In this document: one piece after another, positions 9,143 through 17,006 of the stretch
How positions within the stretch are numbered: the first letter of the stretch is position 1
Layout of the letters: every line of letters begins with the position of its first letter
Source of the DNA: Promethearchaeota archaeon
Lineage (GTDB): Archaea; Asgardarchaeota; Lokiarchaeia; Sigyniarchaeales; SOKP01
Direction of reading: 5' to 3'
Assembly: GCA_048940645.1 (NCBI GenBank)
Contig: JBHLOI010000062.1
Coordinates: forward strand, 1-18,591
DNA: 18,591 nucleotides
Notes under the pieces: generated by a model
Database searches by the model: none
What the model saw: the letters and a program-made list of their open reading frames with translations, nothing else
Told to the model about the DNA's origin: nothing
Position numbers and translations under genes: made by a program

Positions 9143-10777
9143 ATGGCTGATCTATTCCTTGGATTAGATTGCTCAACTCAGTCATTAACTACAATAATAA
9201 TTAATTTTGACTCTAAGAAAATTATTTTTACTAATAGACTGATTTATGATAATGTCTTACCACATTATAATACAAAAAATGGAGTTTATTTTTTTAAGAA
9301 TGGTATTGTACATTCAGATCCTCTTATGTGGGTTGAAGCATTGGAATTATCTTTTGAAAAGTTAGTAGATAATGGAATTATAATAGAAGAGATAAAAGCA
9401 ATTTCAGGTTCAGGTCAACAGCATGGAACAGTATATTTAAATAAAAATTTTAAAGAAGTACTTCAACTATTAGATTCTAAAATATCGTTAAAGGAACAAT
9501 TAAAGAATGTATTTTCAAGGAAAACTAGCCCAATCTGGATGGATTCTAGCACTCAAAAGCAATGTGAAGAAATACGTAAAGCATTAGGGGGATTAAAATC
9601 AACAATCACAATCACTGGTTCAAATACTTTCGAAAGATTTGCTGGCCCACAGATCAGAAAATTTTATCAAGAAGATCCAAATGCTTATATTGACACGTCA
9701 AAAATTCATCTTATAAGTTCCTTTATATCTTCATTGCTCCTAGCTAAAAATTCTCCAATAGATCATGGAGACGGTGCTGGAATGAATTTAATGAATATAA
9801 AATCTAAAGAGTGGGATCTTAGAGCTTTAGAAGCTACTGCCCCAAATCTAAAGGAGAAGTTACCTCCTCTGTGTAAGTCTTATGATATTATTGGCAAAAT
9901 ATCCTCCTATTTTGTTGATCGATATGGTTTTTCTCCGGAAACATTATTAGTTTCTTGGTCGGGTGACAATCCCAACAGTTTAATTGGTATTGGGATTACA
10001 AAGAAAGGGAAAGTAGGTATTAGTTTAGGAACGAGTGATACTTATTTTAGTTATATGAAAGATCTCCACTTTGATTTAAAGGGTGAGGGTCATGTCTTTG
10101 GAGCACCTACAGGAGATTATATGGGTTTAATTTGTTATAAGAATGGCTCTTTGGCAAGGGAAAAAATAAAGGATAAGTTTAACCTTACATGGGAAGGGTT
10201 TTCAAGGATACTGAATCAAACACCACCTGGGAATTATGGAAAAATTATGCTCCCTTACTTTTTCCCTGAAATAGTTCCATTTGTATTAGAACCAAAGATA
10301 TTTCGTTTCGGATTTGATGAAAATGATTTAGAAGGTAATGTAAGAGCAATTATTGAAGCTCAGTTTCTTTCTATGCGACTTCATTCTGAATGGATCAATG
10401 AAAGACCTAAAGAAATATATGCAACTGGTGGTGCTTCTGCCAATAAAGAAATATTACAAGTAGCTGCTAATATTTTTGATACGGAGGTACGTATTTTTGA
10501 GATTTCTGATTCAGCAGCACTAGGTGCCGCACTTAGAAGCGTAAAATCTTATTATGATTTTCTTGGAAAGGAAATTAAATGGTCCAAGATAGTAAGCAGG
10601 ATTTTGCATATCCAAAATTGTGAAGTTATTAAGCCTTCAAGGAATTATAAAGAATTGTATGCTGATATGCTTGAACTATATAGAAAGTGCGAAGATTTTT
10701 CCCTAAAAAATGGTGAAAATCCCGAAAAATTAAGAAAAGAATTTATTGAAAAATATTTTAAAAATAAAAAAAATTAA
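9143..10777 (+). CDS. xylB: FGGY carbohydrate kinase, eukaryote-type D-xylulose kinase (XYLB/Xks1-like)
   Basis: LGLDCSTQS, SGSGQQHGTVY, PIWMDSST, ERFAGPQI, DGAGMNL, GDNP, SLGTSDT, EGHVF, CYKNGSLARE, TGGAS. Confidence 0.85.
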   Translation: MADLFLGLDCSTQSLTTIIINFDSKKIIFTNRLIYDNVLPHYNTKNGVYFFKNGIVHSDPLMWVEALELSFEKLVDNGIIIEEIKAISGSGQQHGTVYLNKNFKEVLQLLDSKISLKEQLKNVFSRKTSPIWMDSSTQKQCEEIRKALGGLKSTITITGSNTFERFAGPQIRKFYQEDPNAYIDTSKIHLISSFISSLLLAKNSPIDHGDGAGMNLMNIKSKEWDLRALEATAPNLKEKLPPLCKSYDIIGKISSYFVDRYGFSPETLLVSWSGDNPNSLIGIGITKKGKVGISLGTSDTYFSYMKDLHFDLKGEGHVFGAPTGDYMGLICYKNGSLAREKIKDKFNLTWEGFSRILNQTPPGNYGKIMLPYFFPEIVPFVLEPKIFRFGFDENDLEGNVRAIIEAQFLSMRLHSEWINERPKEIYATGGASANKEILQVAANIFDTEVRIFEISDSAALGAALRSVKSYYDFLGKEIKWSKIVSRILHIQNCEVIKPSRNYKELYADMLELYRKCEDFSLKNGENPEKLRKEFIEKYFKNKKN

Positions 10778-10914
10778 TCTAGTTTACTCAAATTTAAATT
10801 GAGTTGATTTTGAGGCAAATAGTTTTATAAATAATCATTCAAAATCTAAAAATTTTTATATACGATAATAAATTTAATCATTTCTAATTTACTTCTAAAT
10901 AAGGTGTTTTATTA

Positions 10915-11430
10915 ATGGAAATTAGAAAAATTCTATGTATTATAGCTGGCATTATAACTCTTCTTGCAACTTATGTTTTTGCTTGGTTTGTAGTCGATAT
11001 CTTAGGTACTAATTATTACGGGCATGGTATAGGAGTGATAATGAGTCTTCCGGATACATTTGCAAATGCAGAAGCAATTGCTACTGTTTGGGGCGCACCT
11101 ACTTTTGCTATTTATATTGTAGGAGGTTGCCTTATATTCTTCTTATTTTCAGGGATTATAATATTACTTGGATTAAAGTATCGTGTATTTGCTATTATTG
11201 GAGCAATAATGCCTATCCTTATAGCAATTGCTATTATCTCAGGTCCTTTTAATGCTCCTCCAAATCTTATAGATTATATATCTCTATTTTCGAGTGAAAC
11301 TTTGGGAGGATTTCCCCTAAATCTAGCGATTGGCCCATCAGCATTCGGAGCTTCTGTATCTCTTGGGAATTATTTATTACTTGCAGGAGGAGTTTTAGGC
11401 ATAATTAGTGGAGTTTTACCCAAAGACTAA
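10915..11430 (+). CDS. Hypothetical integral membrane protein (about 4 TM helices)
   Basis: Four hydrophobic stretches; AGGTG SD. Confidence 0.8.
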   Translation: MEIRKILCIIAGIITLLATYVFAWFVVDILGTNYYGHGIGVIMSLPDTFANAEAIATVWGAPTFAIYIVGGCLIFFLFSGIIILLGLKYRVFAIIGAIMPILIAIAIISGPFNAPPNLIDYISLFSSETLGGFPLNLAIGPSAFGASVSLGNYLLLAGGVLGIISGVLPKD

Positions 11431-11470
11431 AATAATAAAAATTACGGGAAATTTTAAGAAAAGAAGTAAA

Positions 11471-11491
11471 TTTTTTTTATTTTTTATTTTT
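11471..11491 (+). terminator. T-rich archaeal terminator
   Basis: Three T tracts about 40 nt after the 11430 stop. Confidence 0.45.
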
Positions 11492-11534
11492 CATAAAAAA
11501 CTTAACTAAAATATTCATTTATTGAATTATAAAT

Positions 11535-11678
11535 ATGCCAATTAAATTATTAGAAGATCCAAGAAAGAAGAGAATTTTCCTTTTAATTCTAACTGTTGCG
11601 ATAATTTCAGCCTTTGCTATAGTTATAGTTTTTATTATTGTAAACATTTTAATGAACGATATTAACGGAGGAGGATGA
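11535..11678 (+). CDS. Small single-pass membrane protein (47 aa; 64 aa to 11729 if the UGA is read as Sec), not in the ORF track
   Basis: MPIKLLEDPRKKRIFLLILTVAIISAFAIVIVFIIVNILMNDINGGG*: basic RKKR followed by a clean TM helix. A TATA-like CTTAACTA preceded by an A-tract lies at 11501, about 27 nt upstream. Confidence 0.7.
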   Translation: MPIKLLEDPRKKRIFLLILTVAIISAFAIVIVFIIVNILMNDINGGG

Positions 11679-11720
11679 GGTTGTCTCTTGCTTATTCATC
11701 AAAATATAAAATATATAACA

Positions 11721-11790
11721 TTATGTTGAAGAATGATTCTTATGAAAAAAAGTTAGTCATAAGTGGACTTACCCCGCGAGGGTACATAAG
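11721..11790 (+). ncRNA. Structured cis element: kink-turn (SECIS-like) hairpin plus GCGA tetraloop hairpin
   Basis: AAG/CUU stem, AAU bulge, tandem GA/GA, U-G, U-U, 7-bp CUUAUGA/UCAUAAG and an A-rich loop; then CCC-GCGA-GGG. Confidence 0.45.
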
Positions 11791-11930
11791 TATAATACTG
11801 ATAAGAATAGTAATAGTATTTTTATTATATTATAAATTCTTATTATTTATTAATTAACAAAATTCTTTTAAATGCTTAAAACCTCTTAAATTACAAACTT
11901 TTGGTAAAAATGTTTTTCTGGTGAAAATGT

Positions 11931-12728
11931 ATGTCTAAAGAGATTCCAGAAGCTGTTAAAGACGCTCTTCGCAATATAGGATTAACAGATTATGAAATTG
12001 CAATCTATCTTACTCTAATCGTAAAAGGGCCAATGGATGCTCGGGAATTGTCAGAAGCATCAGGAGTGCCCTACTCACGTATATATAATATTCTTACACA
12101 GCTGGAAAAGGAGAAAATGTGGATAATTAAAGAGGAAGAAAGCCGTCCGTCTCGCTATTTTGCCAAGTCTCCTGACGAAGCACTTGTAATTGCTAAAAAA
12201 CAGTATAATGATAGTTTTGATGGTTTTTCAAATAAAATAATCCATACACTTACACCTATTTATCAGTCTCATGATGCTCCTATCAAAATCGCATTATATA
12301 TACATAGGGGTAGAGATGTATGTATAAATCGAAGTTTGGCTTTAATTAATATGGCTAAAACAGCTATTTATTTAATTGCCCCTGAATATGAATTTTTGGA
12401 AGTGTTTCATGATGACATGAAAAAGGCGAGAGCTAGAGGAGTCACTGACATAAGAATATTAGTAGAGGAACACTCATTTGAAGATAATAAATTCAATGAA
12501 TTAATTACCAAATATAGTGAAATTGCTGAAATTAGAACCCGAGATCAAGTGTTTGGAACTGCAGTTATCATGGATGAAGGGGAAGATGCGTTTCTCGTCT
12601 TAACTCAGAAAATTTTTAAGAAACTCAGTTATTTCGGTGCTGTTACGGATCATATTGCATTTGGGCCAGCAGCTAATTATTATTTCAGTTACTTATACGA
12701 TACTGCTGAAGTTGTTAATCTGAAATAA
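11931..12728 (+). CDS. TrmB-family (TrmBL2-like) transcriptional regulator / chromatin protein
   Basis: GLTDYEIAIYLTL, ARELSEASGVPYSRIYNIL, SRPSRY, ARARGV.IRI; GGTGA SD. Confidence 0.9.
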   Translation: MSKEIPEAVKDALRNIGLTDYEIAIYLTLIVKGPMDARELSEASGVPYSRIYNILTQLEKEKMWIIKEEESRPSRYFAKSPDEALVIAKKQYNDSFDGFSNKIIHTLTPIYQSHDAPIKIALYIHRGRDVCINRSLALINMAKTAIYLIAPEYEFLEVFHDDMKKARARGVTDIRILVEEHSFEDNKFNELITKYSEIAEIRTRDQVFGTAVIMDEGEDAFLVLTQKIFKKLSYFGAVTDHIAFGPAANYYFSYLYDTAEVVNLK

Positions 12729-12731
12729 ATT

Positions 12732-13883
12732 TTAGTAGCAAATTTTTTTGAATACTTGAATAAAATTATCTCCAGCGATTCTACCTATTTCTACGTCACT
12801 ATACCCTCTTGATATTAGTCCACTTATTAAATTTGGAAACATATCATAATTTTCGAAATCTACCAGTTTATCTAAAAAATTTGCCTTATGCTCAGGACGG
12901 AATCCTAACATATCAATGAACTCTCCAATTTTAGCAGCTAAATTGTCAGGTAATGAATATCCATAATAATCTGTTCCGATTCCTACATGATCTATCCCAA
13001 CAAGATTAATAATATAATCTATATGATCAAGCCAGTTACTTATAGTTGCTTTTGAATCACTTGTTAGAAAACCTGGTACCGTTAAAACTCCAATATAACC
13101 TCCTTTTTCAGCAATAGCTTTTAATATTTCATCACTTTTTGCTCTATCATGTTTAAAAACTTTTTCAGCAATTGTATGGGAAGCAATAATTGGGCTCTTA
13201 GAAGCTAAAGCAGCATCCATTGAAGTTTGAGGCCCGCAATGGGAAACATCTATAATTGCCTTCAATTTATTTACCTTTTCTATCACATTGATTCCAAATT
13301 CGGTTAAACCTTTATCCCTTCTAGCGGTGCACCCTGTACCGATTGTATTTTTACTATTGTAAGTTAACTGCATCACTCTAAATCCCATTAAATAGAAATA
13401 TTCCAATAATTCTAGATTTGTACCAATAAATCCGAGATCTTGTAAATTTAATATAATCCCAATTTTTCCCTCTTGTTTAGCAATTCTCATATCTTCTACT
13501 TTTAAAATCTTGAGGAAAGCATCTCTTCTATTTTCAAGCATATAAGTCATATAAGCAAGATTATGTCTTACTCCATCTAAAGAATATGGTTTTTCATGAA
13601 TAGGTCCTAATGTCCAACTTACACAATTAACTCCTGACTTTTTCCAAGCATTCTTTAACTTTGAAAAGTAATTATCATCAGTCACTACAATTTTTGAGAA
13701 CTCTGCGATTAAAAATTGTACAATTTTAAATGGATTAACGTCAGTTTTAATCATTTTATCAGCTATTTCAATAAATGGTTCGGTCCATAAAATAGGTCCG
13801 TGACTAAGAGTATCTACAATAATGTTAGACCTTATGATTGCTTTTACTCTCTCACTAATTTGATTCATAATAATCCTTTGCAT
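12732..13883 (-). CDS. Membrane dipeptidase family (peptidase M19) protein
   Basis: GFRVMQLTYN..N..G.GC, GLTEFG, IDVSHCG, IIASH, HIDY, GIDHVGIGTDY, RGYS..EI..I.G.NF. Confidence 0.9.
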   Translation of the reverse strand: MQRIIMNQISERVKAIIRSNIIVDTLSHGPILWTEPFIEIADKMIKTDVNPFKIVQFLIAEFSKIVVTDDNYFSKLKNAWKKSGVNCVSWTLGPIHEKPYSLDGVRHNLAYMTYMLENRRDAFLKILKVEDMRIAKQEGKIGIILNLQDLGFIGTNLELLEYFYLMGFRVMQLTYNSKNTIGTGCTARRDKGLTEFGINVIEKVNKLKAIIDVSHCGPQTSMDAALASKSPIIASHTIAEKVFKHDRAKSDEILKAIAEKGGYIGVLTVPGFLTSDSKATISNWLDHIDYIINLVGIDHVGIGTDYYGYSLPDNLAAKIGEFIDMLGFRPEHKANFLDKLVDFENYDMFPNLISGLISRGYSDVEIGRIAGDNFIQVFKKICY

Positions 13884-13955
13884 TTTAGGAATATAAAGTT
13901 AGATAAAAAGTGAATTGATTCGGTATGTAAAAGATTAAAAAATATAAATTATGAC

Positions 13956-14219
13956 TTAAAATTTTATTGTAATAGCCTTTTCGGGGCATATTTCAACACA
14001 TTTAAAACAACGAGTACATAGTGAACCCCAAATTGGGGTTATTCGCCAATCTTGTGGATCATATGGATCTTCTTGTTCCTTCTCAGTTCCAATGGTTTCA
14101 TGCATAACAAATACGGCTGGGTCGCAAACCTTCAAACATAAGCCACAATCTCGAGGGTCAATTTTTCCATTTTCACCACATTTGGAATAATCTATATTTA
14201 TATTAACTTTTTTTCCCAC
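13956..14219 (-). CDS. Small 4Fe-4S ferredoxin
   Basis: C..(x9)..CGLCLKVC and CTRCFKCVEICP. AGGTGA SD favours the GTG at 14219 (listed start 14231). Confidence 0.8.
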   Translation of the reverse strand: MGKKVNINIDYSKCGENGKIDPRDCGLCLKVCDPAVFVMHETIGTEKEQEDPYDPQDWRITPIWGSLCTRCFKCVEICPEKAITIKF

Positions 14220-14231
14220 GGTTATTATCAC

Positions 14232-15101
14232 CTAATATTTTCTATCAAATCCAGGGTATTCTTCTCTTGGAATTAATTTTAAAGCGTCATTATTACATGC
14301 ATGTCGACAAACGCCACATCCAAAACATTTATCATAATTTATAATAACTCTATTCATTGAAGGAATGAAGCTTATAGCATTTAATTGGCACATAGCAACA
14401 CAAGATTTGCATCCTTGACATTTATCTTGATCTAATTGGATGATATATTCTGCCTTGTACATTGCCATTAAGTCGAAATTTGTTCTCAAAGTAAATGCTC
14501 CACATTCAGGACTTTCACAAGAGCAAATTGCATTAATATAAGGAACTGGTTGAAACCACACAGTAGAAATGTAACCTTTATTGTTGAATTGCTCTAACTT
14601 TTCCATAGCGGTTTCACGATCTATCCTAATTGTTCTCTCTTTAGGAATAAATCTTGGAAGTTTTTCAATTACTTCTGATAAAACGCCAAAGTTAATACAA
14701 ACTGCTTCTTTTTCTTTCCTCTGCATCCAACGGCACATACAATAATTACAAATTATTGGTTCAGCAGCTAATTCAGACATAATTATTTTAGCATCTTCTA
14801 AGGGTATGACTTGGCCAAAATGTCCATCTGCATTTATTGGATTTCTATTTTTCTTTTCACTATGAATCATATTTTCAGCTCGCCAACGCAGAATTCTCCC
14901 AATAATTGGCATTTTTAATTTGTATCCTAAATTCTTAGAAGAAAATCCCATAATCCTCCTAATGAATACTTGTTCAAAATTCATCCATTGTTCGGTCAAA
15001 TACTCTTTCATATTTTCTTTTTCAGCTAGTTCATTGGAATAATTATATGCATTCATATACCATTTTTTACCAGCACCATGTTTCATACACCATTGACACA
15101 T
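14232..15101 (-). CDS. 4Fe-4S dicluster-containing protein with Cys-rich N-terminal/central domain
   Basis: MCQWCMKHG, CNYCMCR, AICSCESPEC; C-terminal CQGCKSCVAMC and CFGCGVCRHAC. Confidence 0.85.
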   Translation of the reverse strand: MCQWCMKHGAGKKWYMNAYNYSNELAEKENMKEYLTEQWMNFEQVFIRRIMGFSSKNLGYKLKMPIIGRILRWRAENMIHSEKKNRNPINADGHFGQVIPLEDAKIIMSELAAEPIICNYCMCRWMQRKEKEAVCINFGVLSEVIEKLPRFIPKERTIRIDRETAMEKLEQFNNKGYISTVWFQPVPYINAICSCESPECGAFTLRTNFDLMAMYKAEYIIQLDQDKCQGCKSCVAMCQLNAISFIPSMNRVIINYDKCFGCGVCRHACNNDALKLIPREEYPGFDRKY

Positions 15102-15356
15102 TATAACTTCCTTTTTCCTAATTAATTTATTATTAATTCTTTTTGAAGTGAAATTAAACCATTTATTTAAATTTTTTAATCTTCCTATTTGAGTAATTAA
15201 TATAGTGCTTTAAAACAAAACATCTTCAATAAATAGAAATATTGAAAACTGTCAGAAAAAATAATATTGAAAAAATGGGCTATTAAAGTTTTAAAAGTAA
15301 TCAATGAATTCTGTATTATTGAGAATTAACATAAAATATTATTTGGAAGATAAATT

Positions 15357-15914
15357 ATGTATTGCCCCAATTGTGGTGAATATTTAAGGGAACCAAATCA
15401 AAGATTCTGCCATAACTGCGGAAGCAAACTTTCAGACAACTCTGAAGAATTTCAAATGGCAAGTGAAAGAGATCAGTATGTCAAGTCATCATTAAGAGCA
15501 TCAGAGCAAGTCTATACTGATGTACCAGTTATTCAACAAAAACCAGTTGTAAAAGGAGCAGTGGGTACACATTCAAAAAAGTGTCTAGGTTACGCCATCA
15601 CTTCTATTGCTATTGCGGCAGTTGGTATCTATCTTGCTTTTGTCATTTTTATGTTATCGAGAATTTGGATATATTCCCCAAATGTTACTAGAAGGATAAT
15701 TTGGTGGACTATTATTGCATCGGTTCATCTTGTGGGGTTATCCTTTGGAAGTTCATCTAGAACACATAGTAAGCATGCAAAAAACCTGGAAGCCGTAAAT
15801 AGTGTTGAGAAAGTTGGAAATGCACTGGGAATAGTGGGAGTTATTATCAATGTTATAGCGATGGGAATATTCTTCATATTACTGTTGATTAACATCACTG
15901 GTTATATACTTTAA
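15357..15914 (+). CDS. Zinc-ribbon domain membrane protein (3 C-terminal TM helices)
   Basis: MYCPNCG...FCHNCG, polar linker and three hydrophobic helices. Confidence 0.82.
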   Translation: MYCPNCGEYLREPNQRFCHNCGSKLSDNSEEFQMASERDQYVKSSLRASEQVYTDVPVIQQKPVVKGAVGTHSKKCLGYAITSIAIAAVGIYLAFVIFMLSRIWIYSPNVTRRIIWWTIIASVHLVGLSFGSSSRTHSKHAKNLEAVNSVEKVGNALGIVGVIINVIAMGIFFILLLINITGYIL

Positions 15915-16038
15915 ATCTTGGATGAACATTAATTAGGATATAATTATTTGGGAAAAAAGATTTAATAGCAATAATTACACCCAATAACTACATTATAAAC
16001 CTACAATAAAAATAGAAGTAAGAAAATTAAGTAGAAAA

Positions 16039-16497
16039 TTATTTAAGAAAAGCTCTCTTACCTAAGAAAATAAAAAGTTCTCCTAATTCAAAAAGAGTTA
16101 GTGGATAAACTAACTGTGCCATATCATTTCTTAAATCTTGTTTATTTTTACCAGCCGTAATCAACTTTTTAATATCCTCAACATAATCATCCATGTTTAA
16201 AAACAAAATCTCTATCTTGTCTGTACCTGTAAGTTCCGCTATATCCTTATCAAGATGTTCCTCAACTTGATTTAATAATCCCAGTTTTAATTTAGGATCT
16301 AAACTATATTTTGATATTAAGCGATTTATTTCTTCAATAATGATATTTAAACTTAAGTTCCAGTCCTTATTTTCCTTATATCTGGGGATTAAAAGGTCAC
16401 TTATTAATATTTCAAAAAGAGTTTTGGGAGCTTTCTCATCGAATTCAACTTCAATCCCGCTAGTTAATTTTAAATTTTGAACCAATTTGAACCTCAA
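16039..16497 (-). CDS. Hypothetical helical protein
   Basis: 152-codon ORF in AT-rich DNA with globular composition; TTG start; no motif recognised. Confidence 0.7.
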   Translation of the reverse strand: MRFKLVQNLKLTSGIEVEFDEKAPKTLFEILISDLLIPRYKENKDWNLSLNIIIEEINRLISKYSLDPKLKLGLLNQVEEHLDKDIAELTGTDKIEILFLNMDDYVEDIKKLITAGKNKQDLRNDMAQLVYPLTLFELGELFIFLGKRAFLK

Positions 16498-16602
16498 CTC
16501 AGAAATTTAATTTTTATATTCTTATTAAATAATAGACTATTTTTTTTTTAATGTTTTGGTAACATAACATTCTTATTTCAACTTTTATGACTCAAAATCT
16601 CG

Positions 16603-16622
16603 ATTGGGAATCGATTCCTAAT
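16603..16622. promoter_or_regulatory. Palindrome ATTGGGAATCGATTCCTAAT
   Basis: Perfect 12-bp core GGAATCGATTCC; 9 of 10 arm pairs complementary. Confidence 0.45.
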
Positions 16623-16749
16623 GTATTTGTTTTTTTATCAAAGTGAACTATTTTTTCCAAGTAGAAGTAGAAAAAATCTTAAAATTAAGTAGTGTTACAA
16701 GTATATATTTTTTAACTTAACCAGATGCCTTTTTAAATTAAACATTTAA

Positions 16750-16908
16750 TAAGGAAGGAGGAGAATCGGAATCAACGATATTTTCAAACATGTTAAAAAG
16801 AGGAGACGTATTTATCTAATAACAGGGTTAAGGGTTGAGGTATTTGAGCCTTTCGGCTTTAGGTATAAGAATATATTTTGATATCATTGCGATCCGATTC
16901 TTAGTTGA
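16750..16908 (-). ncRNA. Candidate structured non-coding RNA (about 150 nt)
   Basis: Long-range closing helices (16762-16770 with 16893-16901; 16773-16781 with 16881-16889), an AGCC-GAAA-GGCU hairpin on the minus strand, and an upstream TATA box. Confidence 0.5.
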
Positions 16909-16931
16909 TAGATTAATTATGACTGAGCTCA

Positions 16932-16947
16932 TATTTAAATGTTTATT
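16932..16947 (-). promoter_or_regulatory. BRE/TATA promoter (TTTAAATA) for the candidate ncRNA
   Basis: TATA at 16939-16932 with A-rich upstream sequence, about 30 nt before the 5' arm of the closing stem. Confidence 0.4.
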
Positions 16948-16980
16948 TTTTCCTAGGACAAAAAGGAAAATCTAGGAAAA
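16948..16980. repeat. Inverted repeat TTTTCCTAG-N15-CTAGGAAAA
   Basis: Perfect 9-bp arms. Confidence 0.6.
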
Positions 16981-16990
16981 TCAAGTTAAT

Positions 16991-17006
16991 TCAAATTGCA
17001 ATTTGA
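16991..17006. repeat. Perfect 16-bp palindrome TCAAATTGCAATTTGA
   Basis: Reads identically on both strands. Confidence 0.7.

Noticed and set aside
10786-10804. Near-palindrome ACTCA-AATTTAAATT-GAGT after xylB
   Set aside because: AT-rich and imperfect; may be a terminator or TF site but has no supporting evidence
11520-11535. 16-bp exact repeat TATTGAATTATAAATA, also at 18490-18505
   Set aside because: Almost all A/T and TATA-like; plausible by chance or as a generic promoter sequence
11726-11801. Possible box C/D sRNA (TGAAGA/ATGA ... CTGA)
   Set aside because: No good RUGAUGA box C and no properly spaced C'/D' pair
11675-11857. 60-aa ORF with GGAGG upstream and ATGA overlap with the small membrane ORF
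   Set aside because: The apparent SD is the Gly codons of the upstream ORF and is very close to the ATG; the peptide looks like translated AT-rich intergenic DNA and overlaps the structured element. Not fully excluded, because the ATGA overlap could indicate translational coupling.
16790-16819. Mini-ORF MLKRGDVFI on the plus strand near GGAGG-rich sequence
   Set aside because: Only 9 codons and the SD-like run is too far upstream
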